Shown: positions 1 through 9,132 of the stretch, one piece after another
How the letters are laid out: each line of letters opens with the position of its first letter
Position numbering within the stretch: position 1 is the first letter of the stretch
From: Myxococcota bacterium
GTDB taxonomy: Bacteria; Myxococcota; Myxococcia; Myxococcales; Myxococcaceae
Reading direction: 5' to 3'
Assembly: GCA_052034585.1 (NCBI GenBank)
Contig: JBPOIJ010000034.1
Coordinates: 19,797-83,796, forward strand
DNA: 64,000 nucleotides
The notes under the pieces: generated by a model
The model's database searches: none
Seen by the model: the letters and a program-made list of their open reading frames with translations, nothing else
What the model was told of the DNA's origin: nothing
Position numbers and translations under genes: made by a program

Positions 1-90
1 CGAGGTGGGCGAGCCGGTTCGTTATCTCTGAGCGACGCGCCGGTCTTCTCCCTCGACGCGCGCAGCGCCGGGCAGTACGTGACGTGAGCC

Positions 91-1122
91 GTGAAGACGC
101 CCCGACTCAGCGTGGTCATCGCGACGTGGAACCGGCTCCAGCTGTTGGGAGAGCTCCTCGACGCGCTCGGCCACCAGACGCTCCCAGCCGACGATTTCGA
201 AGTGGTGGTGGTCGACGACGGCTCGAAGGTGCCGGTCGCGCCCGAGCTCGCCAAACGAAAGGACCGCTTCGCGCTCCGCGTCTTCACCCAAGCGAACGCC
301 GGAGCCGCCGCCGCCCGTCACGCCGGCGTGCTCGAGGCGAAGGCGCCCATCATCGTCATCACCGACGACGACATGCTGGTGCCGCCGGAGTTCCTCTCCG
401 AGCACCTCAAGGCCCACGACGCCGGCTACACGCTCGTGCTCGGGCACATCGACAACGAGCCCGGCCTCGACGACAAGCCGTTGTTCGAGCGCTTCCACGC
501 CGAGCAACTCGCGCGCTTCGTCGCCCGCTACAGCCGGGAACCGACGGCGGTGCGCGGAGTGATGGTCTGCACCGGCAACGTCTCCTTCCGCCGCGACGAC
601 TACCTCAAGGTGGGCGGCTTCGACCGGTCGCTCGATCGCTCCGAGGACCGTGAGCTCGGCGTTCGGCTCCAGAAGGCCGGCGCGCGGCTGTACTTCGCGA
701 AGGACGCGCGCACCATCAACCGCAGCGACCACGTCGACCTGAACCTGTGGATGACGCGCAACTTCCGCTACGGCATCTACGACAGCCGCATTCATCAGAA
801 GCACCCCGACCGGCTCGACGCCGATCCCTGGCACTTCTTGTTCCTGGTGAACCCGGCCTCGCGCGCCTTGTTGCTGCTCAGCGCGAGCGCGCCGACGGTG
901 GGCAAGGTGCTCTCGCGTGCCGCGTATTCCGTCGCGGAGAAGTTGGACGAGCGCCGGCAGCTGCATCCACTTCTCGGCAAGGTGGCCATCGCGGGCGCGA
1001 CCTTGAGCTACGGACTCGAGTACTTCCGCGGCGTGCGTGAAGAAGCGGGCTCACTGCCGAAGACCTGGCTCGACTTCGCCCGGCACGCGGTGGCGCAAGC
1101 GCGCCGAAAGGGACAACCGTGA
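91..1122 (+). CDS. GT2-family glycosyltransferase
   Basis: 343-aa ORF with GTG start. RLSVVIATWNR...FEVVVVDDGS and ITDDD motifs are classic GT-A/GT2 signatures. GTGA stop/start overlap with the next ORF. Confidence 0.85.
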   Translation: MKTPRLSVVIATWNRLQLLGELLDALGHQTLPADDFEVVVVDDGSKVPVAPELAKRKDRFALRVFTQANAGAAAARHAGVLEAKAPIIVITDDDMLVPPEFLSEHLKAHDAGYTLVLGHIDNEPGLDDKPLFERFHAEQLARFVARYSREPTAVRGVMVCTGNVSFRRDDYLKVGGFDRSLDRSEDRELGVRLQKAGARLYFAKDARTINRSDHVDLNLWMTRNFRYGIYDSRIHQKHPDRLDADPWHFLFLVNPASRALLLLSASAPTVGKVLSRAAYSVAEKLDERRQLHPLLGKVAIAGATLSYGLEYFRGVREEAGSLPKTWLDFARHAVAQARRKGQP

Positions 1123-1979
1123 AGGTCTGGGCTCCGGGCGACGCGCTGCCGGGCGACGAGACGCCTTCGTACCTCGCCCATCAAGGCGCGCAGCTGTACC
1201 TCGTGCATCATCGCGCCGCGGCGAAGCGCCCTCGAGCGACGGTGATTCTCGCCGGGCCGATGACGCTCGAGCGCGCGCACGGCTACCTCACCTGGGTACG
1301 GCTCGCCCGAAACCTCGCGGTGAACGGCTACGACGTGCTGCGCTTCGACTACCGCGGCGTCGGCGAGAGCACTGGAGCGTTTCGTGAGCAGTCCTTCGAC
1401 ACCTGGCTGGCGGATCTCGGCCGGGTGATCAGCCACGCGAAGACGCTCGGGCCAAAGCGCGTCGTCTGTCTGGGCTTGCGGCTGGGCGCGCTGCTCGCGA
1501 GGCCGTACTTCGAAGACGGTACGCTCGACGGGCTCATCGCCTGGGAGCCGCCGCAGACCGCGCGCGCGATGATGATGGACATGCTCCGGCGCAAGCTCGC
1601 CGCCGACTACATGGAGTTCCCCGACGCCCCCCGGAAGGTCCGCGACGACTACGTGAAGGACTTCGAGCGCGGCGCCGAGGTGGAGGTCGAGGGCTACCCG
1701 TGGACGCCGAAGCTGTGGCGGTCGGCCGACGCGTTCGCCTTCGCGGAGCCGGAGCGCATCGGCGGCGAGTGGCTCTCCGTCTTCCTCGACGGCCGCGCGG
1801 AGGACAAGCTGCCGGCCGCGAAGCGGAACCACTACGGCGCCTTCAAGGTTCCGAAGCCGCCGTTCTGGCTGCAGAGCACCCACCTCATCGCCGACCTGCG
1901 CGAGCCGTTCACCTTCACCTTCGAGCGGCTCCACCAGTGGACGAACGCCTGGAGCGTCACCGATGGAGGTGACCAATGA
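1119..1979 (+). CDS. alpha/beta-hydrolase-fold protein with GLRLG elbow (resembles exosortase-A-system 'hydrolase 2' family, from memory)
   Basis: 286 aa. LRFDYRGVGESTG is typical of the alpha/beta-hydrolase fold. The nucleophile-elbow position reads CLGLRLGALLA, with Arg where Ser is expected. ATGA overlap with the next ORF. Confidence 0.7.
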   Translation: MKVWAPGDALPGDETPSYLAHQGAQLYLVHHRAAAKRPRATVILAGPMTLERAHGYLTWVRLARNLAVNGYDVLRFDYRGVGESTGAFREQSFDTWLADLGRVISHAKTLGPKRVVCLGLRLGALLARPYFEDGTLDGLIAWEPPQTARAMMMDMLRRKLAADYMEFPDAPRKVRDDYVKDFERGAEVEVEGYPWTPKLWRSADAFAFAEPERIGGEWLSVFLDGRAEDKLPAAKRNHYGAFKVPKPPFWLQSTHLIADLREPFTFTFERLHQWTNAWSVTDGGDQ

Positions 1980-2971
1980 GTTCGCGCGAGCTCGACGTGC
2001 TCGACCTGCCCTCGGGGCGCTGCGTGGGCACGATTCATCGGCCGGCCACCCGCCGCAGCGACGTCGGGCTGTTGTGGGTGAACTTCGGCTACGTGCCGCG
2101 AGACGGCCACGGAGGCCTCGCCAGTCAGGCCAGTGACGCCTTGGCGGACGACGGCGTGCTCTGCTTTCGCTTCGATCTCCCCGGGCTCGGTGACGCGCCC
2201 GGCCCGCTGCCGAAGGTGACCCACGACTTCTTCCCGGTGGTGACGGGCGGCTCCTTCACCGCGGTGACGGTGGAGCTGGTGAATCGCCTCTGTGAACGCG
2301 AAGGCCTCTCCGGACTCGTGGTCGCTGGCCTGTGCGGCGGCGCGGTGAACGCCATCTTCACTGGAGACGCGCAGAAGGCGCGGGTGAAGGGCCTCTTGCT
2401 GCTCGAGCCCGAGCTCTACGTCACCGAACCGAAGGCGGCCGATGGCACGGTGAAGCCGATGCGGCTGCGCGCGTGGCTGCGGGAGCAACTCCCGAGTCAG
2501 AAGAACGTCGCCACCTCGCTGCTCGATCGCGCGCTCTCGACTCGGTTGCCGATGGAAGAGTCGGTGAAGGCGGCGGTGCTGCGCGTCGTGCCGAAGCAGG
2601 CCACCAACTACTGGGGGTGGATGCGGCTGCTCACCGCCGAGGGAAAGTACGCGCGCTTCGTGCCGATTCCGCGCAAGGCCCTCCTCGACTTCGTGATGTC
2701 GCGCTCGGGGCTGCCCGACGTCACCAACCTCCCGCTCGCCGCGGCGTGGAAGAGCTGGCTCGAAGAAGGCCGGCCAGCGCTCGTCATCACCGCGAAGGGC
2801 AAGCTGCGCGAGCTCTTCTTCGATCGCATCAACGCCGGCATCCAGGCGCCTTCGACCGGGCCGCGGTACCAGCACGTTCGGCTCGCGGGCACGAACCACA
2901 TCTTCACCACCGGCGGCGCCATCGCCACCGTCACCAAGCACATCGAAGGCAACTGGAAGCTCTTCGGCTGA
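1976..2971 (+). CDS. alpha/beta-hydrolase-fold protein with GLCGG elbow (resembles exosortase-A-system 'hydrolase 1' family, from memory)
   Basis: 331 aa. FRFDLPGLGDAPG followed by the elbow VVAGLCGGAVNA, with Cys at the nucleophile position. Translationally coupled to the previous ORF. Confidence 0.7.
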   Translation: MSSRELDVLDLPSGRCVGTIHRPATRRSDVGLLWVNFGYVPRDGHGGLASQASDALADDGVLCFRFDLPGLGDAPGPLPKVTHDFFPVVTGGSFTAVTVELVNRLCEREGLSGLVVAGLCGGAVNAIFTGDAQKARVKGLLLLEPELYVTEPKAADGTVKPMRLRAWLREQLPSQKNVATSLLDRALSTRLPMEESVKAAVLRVVPKQATNYWGWMRLLTAEGKYARFVPIPRKALLDFVMSRSGLPDVTNLPLAAAWKSWLEEGRPALVITAKGKLRELFFDRINAGIQAPSTGPRYQHVRLAGTNHIFTTGGAIATVTKHIEGNWKLFG

Positions 2972-2974
2972 GGG

Positions 2975-4333
2975 TCAGGCGGGGAAGGCGACGACGACCT
3001 CGGCACCGGAAGTGGTGGGCGCGACGAACGCCCGGCCTCCATGACGACGCGCGACTTCACGCACGATGGCGAGGCCCAAGCCGGTGCCGGGCGGGCCTCC
3101 ACGCACTCGATGAAACGGCTCGAACACGTTCTCACGCTCGGCTTCGGGAATGCCTGGCCCGGTGTCCTTCACCGAGAGGGCAAACTCGCCGTTCGTCACG
3201 CTCGCGCGCACCGTCACCGTGCTCCCGTCGGGCGCGAACTTGAGGGCGTTCGAGAGCAGGTTGTCCAACACCTGGCGCAGCTCGATGGCGTGACAGCGAA
3301 CGGACAGCCCAGGCGTCACCTCGGCGCGGAGCTCGACGTGACGAGTCGCCGCGGCGTCACGACTCACCGAGAGCGCGTCGTCGACGACCTGCGAGATCTC
3401 CACGACCTCGACCGAGCGCTCGTCGCGCGCGATGGAGGCCGTGTCCAACAGCCGTGACGCCAGCGAGGCGAGCCGCACGACCTCCTGCCGGGTCTCGGCC
3501 AGCGCCGTCTTGAGCTCGTCTGGGGTGCGTTCACGACGGAGCGCGAGATCGAGCCGGGTGCGCATGAGCGACAGCGGCGTCCTCAGCTCGTGAGCGGCGT
3601 CGGCGAGCAACCGTTCTCGAGCGTCACGCACCGCCTGCAGCCGCTCGGTCGCTTCGCCGAGAACCTGGTGCACCTCGGAGACCTCGTCACGGCCGACATC
3701 GGGCTCGAGCCGGCGCTCCAGCTCTCCAGCGCGCACGGCTTCGAGGTGCCCTCGCAGCGCCGCCAGCCGTCGCCGGAGTCCCCTGCCTTGAACGCCCTGA
3801 ATCAGCACCAGCACCAAGACGGTCGCGAGGGTGGCGCCGAGCGCGACGAGGTGAAACGTGACCGTCGAGGCGTCGGCCTGCGCGAGGGACGCCGAGAGCT
3901 TCAGCGCGAAGACGTCGCCCGACGGGCTCTTCACCGAGACGACGAGCTGTCGATGACGGTGGCCTTCGTGTTCGACCGTCGAGAGCGAGGGCGTGTTGGG
4001 CACCGACGCGGGCAGGAGGGATTCGCGCTGCGTCCCCTCGAGCGGCGGCGGGTAGCGCATCACCTCGGCGCCGTCGGGACCGAAGAGGATGCCCTCGGGC
4101 GCGAAGGGCCTCACGCTGTCGACGAGCGGTGACGAGGCCATGTGCAGATGCGGCTCGTTCTTCGGCCCGTCGAAGAGGCTCACGCTCTCGATGGCGGCCT
4201 GGGCGAGGAGCGCTTGATCGAGGGTGCGCTCGAGCGCGGCGTGAAACACGGTGTCGGCCGCGAAGAGCACCATCGCCAAGATGGCCGCGGGAAGAATGGC
4301 GCCCCAGAGCCACAGGCGCGTCGAGAGCGTCAC
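2975..4333 (-). CDS. sensor histidine kinase (HAMP-HisKA-HATPase)
   Basis: H-box AAHELRTPL, N-box LLSNALKF, G1 DTGPGI, G2 GTGLGL. Two N-terminal TM segments. Start moved to the GTG (VTLSTRLWLWG...) that overlaps the regulator stop as GTGA. The track ORF extends to 4477. Confidence 0.85.
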   Translation of the reverse strand: MTLSTRLWLWGAILPAAILAMVLFAADTVFHAALERTLDQALLAQAAIESVSLFDGPKNEPHLHMASSPLVDSVRPFAPEGILFGPDGAEVMRYPPPLEGTQRESLLPASVPNTPSLSTVEHEGHRHRQLVVSVKSPSGDVFALKLSASLAQADASTVTFHLVALGATLATVLVLVLIQGVQGRGLRRRLAALRGHLEAVRAGELERRLEPDVGRDEVSEVHQVLGEATERLQAVRDARERLLADAAHELRTPLSLMRTRLDLALRRERTPDELKTALAETRQEVVRLASLASRLLDTASIARDERSVEVVEISQVVDDALSVSRDAAATRHVELRAEVTPGLSVRCHAIELRQVLDNLLSNALKFAPDGSTVTVRASVTNGEFALSVKDTGPGIPEAERENVFEPFHRVRGGPPGTGLGLAIVREVARRHGGRAFVAPTTSGAEVVVAFPA

Positions 4334-5019
4334 GAAGGCACCTTCCGCAGCCGGTAGCCGATGCCACGCACGGCGGCGATCTCCACGTCGTTCGCCCCGA
4401 CGTCGGTGAGCTTGGTGCGCAGGTAGCCGACGTACACGTCCACCACGTTGGGCATGCCGTCGAAGTCGGAGCCCCACACCGCCGAGAGCAACCGCGAGCG
4501 CGAGAGCACGTCGCCCGCGTGCGTCCAGAGTTCGTTGGCCAAGGCGAACTCCCGCGCAGTGAGCACCGCTTCCTTGTCTCCGCGGACGATGGCGCGCTTG
4601 CGGACGTCGAGGGTCACCGCCCCCACTTGTGGGTTCGCGCTCGTGCCCAGCCCCCGGCGCCTCAAGGCGTCGATGCGCGCCAGCAGCTCGTCGAAGTCGA
4701 AGGGCTTCACCAGGTAGTCGTCGGCGCCAGCGCGCAGGCCGGTCACCTTCTCGCCCGTCGAGCCGCGCGCCGTCAGCATCAACACCGGCGTCGACAGCCC
4801 AGCCTCTCTCCAGCGCCGCAGCACCGTGAGGCCGTCGACGTCGGGCAGCGACCAGTCGAGGAGGATGATGTCGTACGCGACGTTCTTCGCCTGCACCGCC
4901 GCGTCTTCACCCTTCGCGCAGACGTCGACCTGATGGCCCTCTTCGACCAGCCCGCGCTGGAGCAGCCTCGCCATCTGCGCTTCGTCTTCGACCAACAGGA
5001 GCTTCACGGGAGTCATCAT
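4330..5019 (-). CDS. OmpR/CusR-family response regulator
   Basis: 229 aa. Receiver domain (LLVEDE...ILLDWSLPDVDG...LVKPF) plus a winged-helix C-terminus (GYRL). Confidence 0.9.
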   Translation of the reverse strand: MMTPVKLLLVEDEAQMARLLQRGLVEEGHQVDVCAKGEDAAVQAKNVAYDIILLDWSLPDVDGLTVLRRWREAGLSTPVLMLTARGSTGEKVTGLRAGADDYLVKPFDFDELLARIDALRRRGLGTSANPQVGAVTLDVRKRAIVRGDKEAVLTAREFALANELWTHAGDVLSRSRLLSAVWGSDFDGMPNVVDVYVGYLRTKLTDVGANDVEIAAVRGIGYRLRKVPS

Positions 5020-5026
5020 GACGCCC

Positions 5027-8000
5027 TCAGTGCGTGGAAGCAGCTTCTGCGTCAGGCGGCACGCTCGCCGAACCGCGCCGTCGGCCGATGACGACCGCGA
5101 ACAGCGAAGGCAACACCAACAAGGTGAGGAGCGTCGAGGTCGCGAGCCCGCCCACCACCACCGTCGCCAACGGTCGTTGCACCTCGGCGCCCGCGCCCGT
5201 CGCCAGGGTCATCGGGAGGAACCCGAGCGCCGCCACCAACGCCGTCATCAGCACCGGCCTCGCTCGGTCGAGCGCCGCCTGCCTCGCCGCCTCCTCGGAG
5301 GAGCGGCCTTCGTCTTCGAGCTCGAGCGCACGCGACACCCAGACGACACCGTTCATCACCGCGATGCCTGAGAGCGCGATGAAGCCGATGGCCGCCGGCA
5401 ACGACACCGGCATGTCACGCGCCCAGAGCGTCAGCACGCCACCGACTCCGCCGAACGGCACCAGCGCGAAGACGAACAGCGCGGGCTTGAGCCGAGAGAA
5501 GACCCAGGTGAGCAGCGCGAGGATGCCGACGAGCACCACCGGAATGACGATGGAGAGCCGGTGCGTCGCCTCGAGCAGGTTCTCGTACTGCCCGCCCCAC
5601 ACCAGCCGGAAGCCCGAGGGCAGCGCGAGGTCCTTCACCGCGTCCTGCGCGCCCGTCACCGCCGTGCCGAGATCCTCTCCGCGCACGTTGAAGCCCACCA
5701 CCAGCCGGCGCTCGCCGTTCTTCCGATTGATGAGCGCGGGGCTCTCGGTGCGCACCACGTCGGCGACGCGAGAGAGTGGAATCAACCCGCCCGCGGGAAC
5801 GGGGAGCGAGAGGCTCTCCAGGTTCCAGGCCGTGGTGCCCGTCGTCAGCAGCCGCAGCGGCACCGCCACCGGTCCATCGAAGGTGACGCCGACATCGACG
5901 CCCACCCGGGCAGACTGCACCGCATCGAGAATTTCCCGAGACGTGAAGCCCACCGTCGCCGCGTCGATGGGCCGCGGCTGCACGGTGGCGAGCGGCACGA
6001 ACGGCGGCGCGAGCACTCGCACGTCGGCAGCGCCCGGCACCTTCGAGACCCGATGGGCCACCTCGTCGGCGGTGCGCCGGAGATCCTTCAAGTCTTCCCC
6101 GTACACGGAGATCGCGACGTCGGTCACCGCGCCACCGAGCAGCTCGTTGAAGCGCATCTGAATCGGCTGGGTGAAGGACGCCTCGGGTGTGCCCTCGTGC
6201 ACCACCGGCTCCATCTGCTCGACGAGCGCTTCCTTGGTGAGCCCCGGGCGCCAGCGCGAGGGGGGCGCGAGCTTCACGAAGATGTCGGCCTGGTCGTAGC
6301 CCATGATGTCGGTCGCCACCGCCGGGCTGCCGACGCGCGAGACGACCTGCAGCACCTCGGGGAACGCGGCCTTGAGCCTCGCCTCGAGCCGGCTGCTCGC
6401 CCGCACCGCCTCCTCCAACGAGATGTCGGGCGCGCGCACCGTCTGGATGACGAGATCGCCCTCGTCGAGGCGCGGCGTGAACTCCACGCCCAATGTCCGC
6501 CCGGCCAGCACGCCGACCACGAAGAGCACCCCGGCGCCGATCGCCACGCCCGCACGCCGCCGGAGCCCAGGGTCGAGCACCTTCGGGTAGATCCACTCGA
6601 CGAAGCGCACCAACGGTGGCGGGCGCTCCGGCATGTCCTTCTGGCGCAGCACGATGGCCGCCACCGCCGGCACCCAGGTGAGCGAGAGCAACAGCGCCGC
6701 GGTCAGCGCGAACACCACCGTCAACGCCATCGGCCGGAAGAGGATGCCGTCGACGCCGGTGAGGGAGAGCACCGGCACGTAGACCAGCAACAGCACCAGC
6801 ACCGAGAAGAAGACCGGCCGCGCCTGCTTTCCCGAGAGCTCTCGAATGCGCGAACGCATGCCGTCACGGGTGAGCGACTCCGAGCGCGAGATGCCGTGAA
6901 AGAGCCCCTCGACGAGCACCACCGCGCCATCGACCAGCAAGCCGAAGTCGAGCGCGCCCAGGCTCATCAGGTTCCCAGGCACGTCGAGCAGCGCCATCGC
7001 CGCGGCCGCGAACGCCATCGCCAGGGGAATCACCGAGGCGACCAACACCGAGGCGCGCAGGTTCCCGAGGAAGAGGAGCAGCACCAGCACGACCAAGAGC
7101 CCGCCCTCGAGCAGGTTCGACGCGACCGTTCGCAAGGTGGCCTTCACCAACGTCGAGCGGTCGTAGACGACGTCGATCTGCACGTCCTCGGGGAGCACCG
7201 CGCGGACCTCGGGCATGCGCGCGTGGATTCGGCTCATCACCTCGAGCGCGTTCGCGTCCCGGAGCATCTGGGCCATCAGGTAGAGCGTCTCCCCTTCCCC
7301 GTTCGCCGTCGCCGCACCGAGCCGGAGCCGCGCGCCTTCCCGCACCTCGCCCACGTCACCGACCCGCACCGAATTTCCCGACACCACCGCGGCGCCGAGA
7401 TCGCCCGGTCTCGAGGGCAGCGCCTGCCCGCGCAGAAGAACCTGCGACGCCCCCGAGAGCAGCGCTCCACCAGGCGCGATGCCCGACGCGGCTTCGAGTG
7501 ACGACTTGAGCTGGCCCAACGTGAGGCCGCGCGAAGCGAGCCGCTGCTCGTCGGCCACCACGTCCCACGTTCGCTGCGCCCCGCCCCACGAGTTCACCTC
7601 CACCACTCCGGAGACGGACTTGAGCAACGGCGCCACCCGGTACGTCGCCAGCTCGAGGAGCTCGGCCGGCGTTCGTTTCGGGGAAGAGAGCGTGACGTGG
7701 AAGATCTCACCCAACCCACCAGTGAGCGGCGCGAGCTCGGGAGACGCGCCGCCAGGCAGCTGCATCGTCACCACCCGCTCGGTGATCATCTGCCGCGCCA
7801 GCCACGGAGAGACGTGCGGCTCGAACACGACGGTGACCGACGAGATGCCCGAGAGCGAGAGGCTGCGCTGCTCGACGAGATCCGGCATGCCACCCAGCGT
7901 CACCTCGAGCGGGCGAGTGATGAGCCGCTCGACCTCCTCGGGCGTGAGGCCGGGCGCGCGAGTGAGGACGATGACCTGGTTGTTGGTGAGATCGGGCAAC

Positions 8001-8113
8001 GCGTCGAGCCGCATGCGCAACGAGAAGACCACCGCGCCGATGGCGAGGAGCACGGTGAGCGCGGCGACCCACCAGCGCTTGTCGACCGAGAACTCGACCA
8101 GCCGGGAGATCAT
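5027..8113 (-). CDS. CusA/CzcA-family heavy-metal RND efflux pump
   Basis: 1028 aa with 12-TM RND architecture. Strong family resemblance throughout (SVDKRWWV..., GEIFHV, DFGLLVDGAVVLVE). Confidence 0.95.
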   Translation of the reverse strand: MISRLVEFSVDKRWWVAALTVLLAIGAVVFSLRMRLDALPDLTNNQVIVLTRAPGLTPEEVERLITRPLEVTLGGMPDLVEQRSLSLSGISSVTVVFEPHVSPWLARQMITERVVTMQLPGGASPELAPLTGGLGEIFHVTLSSPKRTPAELLELATYRVAPLLKSVSGVVEVNSWGGAQRTWDVVADEQRLASRGLTLGQLKSSLEAASGIAPGGALLSGASQVLLRGQALPSRPGDLGAAVVSGNSVRVGDVGEVREGARLRLGAATANGEGETLYLMAQMLRDANALEVMSRIHARMPEVRAVLPEDVQIDVVYDRSTLVKATLRTVASNLLEGGLLVVLVLLLFLGNLRASVLVASVIPLAMAFAAAAMALLDVPGNLMSLGALDFGLLVDGAVVLVEGLFHGISRSESLTRDGMRSRIRELSGKQARPVFFSVLVLLLVYVPVLSLTGVDGILFRPMALTVVFALTAALLLSLTWVPAVAAIVLRQKDMPERPPPLVRFVEWIYPKVLDPGLRRRAGVAIGAGVLFVVGVLAGRTLGVEFTPRLDEGDLVIQTVRAPDISLEEAVRASSRLEARLKAAFPEVLQVVSRVGSPAVATDIMGYDQADIFVKLAPPSRWRPGLTKEALVEQMEPVVHEGTPEASFTQPIQMRFNELLGGAVTDVAISVYGEDLKDLRRTADEVAHRVSKVPGAADVRVLAPPFVPLATVQPRPIDAATVGFTSREILDAVQSARVGVDVGVTFDGPVAVPLRLLTTGTTAWNLESLSLPVPAGGLIPLSRVADVVRTESPALINRKNGERRLVVGFNVRGEDLGTAVTGAQDAVKDLALPSGFRLVWGGQYENLLEATHRLSIVIPVVLVGILALLTWVFSRLKPALFVFALVPFGGVGGVLTLWARDMPVSLPAAIGFIALSGIAVMNGVVWVSRALELEDEGRSSEEAARQAALDRARPVLMTALVAALGFLPMTLATGAGAEVQRPLATVVVGGLATSTLLTLLVLPSLFAVVIGRRRGSASVPPDAEAASTH

Positions 8114-9132
8114 GGCCGGCTCTCACCTTCCGCCGCGACGACTGCTTCGGCCGAGAGCCCTTCGACGACCGCCTCGGCGCCGCTGCGCGCGATGACGCGC
8201 ACCTCGACCAGGCTCGAGCCATCTCCCGTCCGCACGCGAACCTGCACCCGCCCCTCGGAGTCGATGAGCGAACGCGCCGGCACCACCCGCCAGGACGGAT
8301 CCGCCGAGACCCGGACTCGCCCCGTCGCGCCGACTGGGAGCCCAGCATCGGGAGAGGTGAACCAGGCGAGCCGGGCGCCGTCGGCGCTCTCGAGCCGAGG
8401 CGACACCGAGACCAGCTCGATGGGTCGCACCTGCGCGCCCGAGACGAAGGAATAGCGCGCCGCGGGACTCGCGCTCGCCGGGAGCCGGGCCTCGATGCGT
8501 CCTTCGCCTTCGCCCACGACTTGGATCAGCGGACGCCCTGCGGGATCTCGCACCTCTCCCACCACGGCCTCGACCGCGCTCACCACGCCAGCGATGGGCG
8601 CGCGCAACGAGACGACGCCGTCACCCGACACCAGGGCCTCTGCCGATCGATCGTTGATGCCCGACGCTCGCAGCGTCGCTCGCGCTGCCTGCGCATCGGC
8701 CCGCGCGTTCGCCAGCAGCGCCTCGACCTCGGCCAGCTCCGCCACCCGCACCAGCCCTTCGCTCTTGAGCACCTCGAGCTGCGCCTTCCGTCGCGAGAAC
8801 GCGTCGACCTTGAGCTGCTCGCCAGCGAGATCGCCCGCGGCGTGGAGCAGCTCGGGCATCAGCACGTCGACCAACGACTCTCCCGCCGACACGCGCTGAC
8901 CGGGGCGAACCCGCACCTTCACCACCCGCGCTTGGAGCGGTGGGGCGAGCGAAGCGACGCTCTCGGGGCTCGGCAACACGCGCGCGGGCGCTTCGAGCAC
9001 CGTCGTGTCTTCGGCGCTGCGAGACTCCACCCAGCGGGTGGCCACGCTCCTCGGCGCAGAGGGAGCCTCGACCGGCGCCGGCACCGACGCGCGCTCGCAC
9101 CCGACGACCAACACCACCCAGAGCCACCTCAT
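8110..9132 (-). CDS. RND periplasmic adaptor (membrane fusion protein), lipoprotein
   Basis: 340 aa. Lipobox VVGC, coiled-coil hairpin region. 4-nt overlaps with both the pump and the outer-membrane factor genes. Confidence 0.85.
   Translation of the reverse strand: MRWLWVVLVVGCERASVPAPVEAPSAPRSVATRWVESRSAEDTTVLEAPARVLPSPESVASLAPPLQARVVKVRVRPGQRVSAGESLVDVLMPELLHAAGDLAGEQLKVDAFSRRKAQLEVLKSEGLVRVAELAEVEALLANARADAQAARATLRASGINDRSAEALVSGDGVVSLRAPIAGVVSAVEAVVGEVRDPAGRPLIQVVGEGEGRIEARLPASASPAARYSFVSGAQVRPIELVSVSPRLESADGARLAWFTSPDAGLPVGATGRVRVSADPSWRVVPARSLIDSEGRVQVRVRTGDGSSLVEVRVIARSGAEAVVEGLSAEAVVAAEGESRP

Noticed and set aside
1-90. A possible 3' end of an upstream plus-strand gene, with stop at 29-31 or 85-87.
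   Set aside because: Too little sequence is available to choose a frame or identify a product.
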